From Raillietiella orientalis (lineage: Eukaryota): a DNA stretch of 64,000 nucleotides. This document shows positions 63,719 through 64,000 of the stretch, one piece after another. The notes beneath the pieces were generated by a model, which saw nothing but the letters and a program-made list of their open reading frames with translations, was not told where the DNA came from and searched no databases. The number at the start of each line of letters is the position of its first letter. Position 1 is the first letter of the stretch. Where the stretch lies: positions 930,001 to 994,000 of the forward strand of contig JAYWIR010000019.1 in NCBI GenBank assembly GCA_036172245.1, read 5' to 3'. A program made the translations under genes and the position numbers.

Positions 63719-63772
63719 CATCTTTCGCTTCGGAAGAAACCCTGAGAAAGTGCATCAGCTAAAATGGTAAGG
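63719..63772 (+). promoter_or_regulatory. Candidate TCT-type start and first exon ending in ATG|GTAAGG
   Basis: catctttcgc pyrimidine initiator at about 63719, A-rich context aaaATG at 63764-63766 directly followed by a strong donor; the rest of the gene is not identifiable in this window. Confidence 0.35.
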
Positions 63773-64000
63773 AATGAGCTAATCTTAGTTGCGTGCAAGT
63801 CTTTCGTCATTTGGTTTCAAAGTCCTGTGCGGTCCAAAAAGTGTTAAAAGTTCCGATGAGGAAGAGACAATTGCGATGACCTCACCGTTCTAACAGCCTC
63901 TTTCGGCGAAGCTTCTCGCCGGCACTGAAATCCCACAAAGGCAGCGCAATGGAAGCCGCAGGCGACGTTCAGTCGCGCGTGACGAGGCACCGCGAAACCT

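Overview
Eukaryotic, arthropod-like genomic DNA with spliced genes, very short introns and a GC-rich/AT-rich mosaic; most long ORFs in the supplied track are GC artefacts. Genes reconstructed by hand from splice sites and recognisable protein motifs: (1) the first coding exon of a tramtrack-group BTB protein running off the left edge (minus); (2) a complete 5-exon Tsp2A-like tetraspanin (plus); (3) a complete 5-exon ovo/shavenbaby C2H2 zinc-finger gene (minus, about 887 aa) with the MPKIFLIKNRL N-terminal exon 8.6 kb upstream of exon 2, followed by a long non-coding upstream region; (4) a 7-exon TDRD3-like gene (minus) that appears to stop after the DUF1767/OB-fold, lacking UBA and Tudor domains; (5) a large multi-exon secreted closca-like protein (plus) with EAR/EPTP repeats at both ends and a phage-fibre-like QxIxGxKTF repeat shaft. 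Also present: four copies of a structured, B-box-containing SINE-like repeat, a near-perfect 31-bp hairpin, an intragenic exon-intron-exon relic, candidate promoters and simple repeats. No CRISPR array, rRNA, intact tRNA or autonomous transposon ORF was recognised. Family assignments come from remembered motifs, not database searches.
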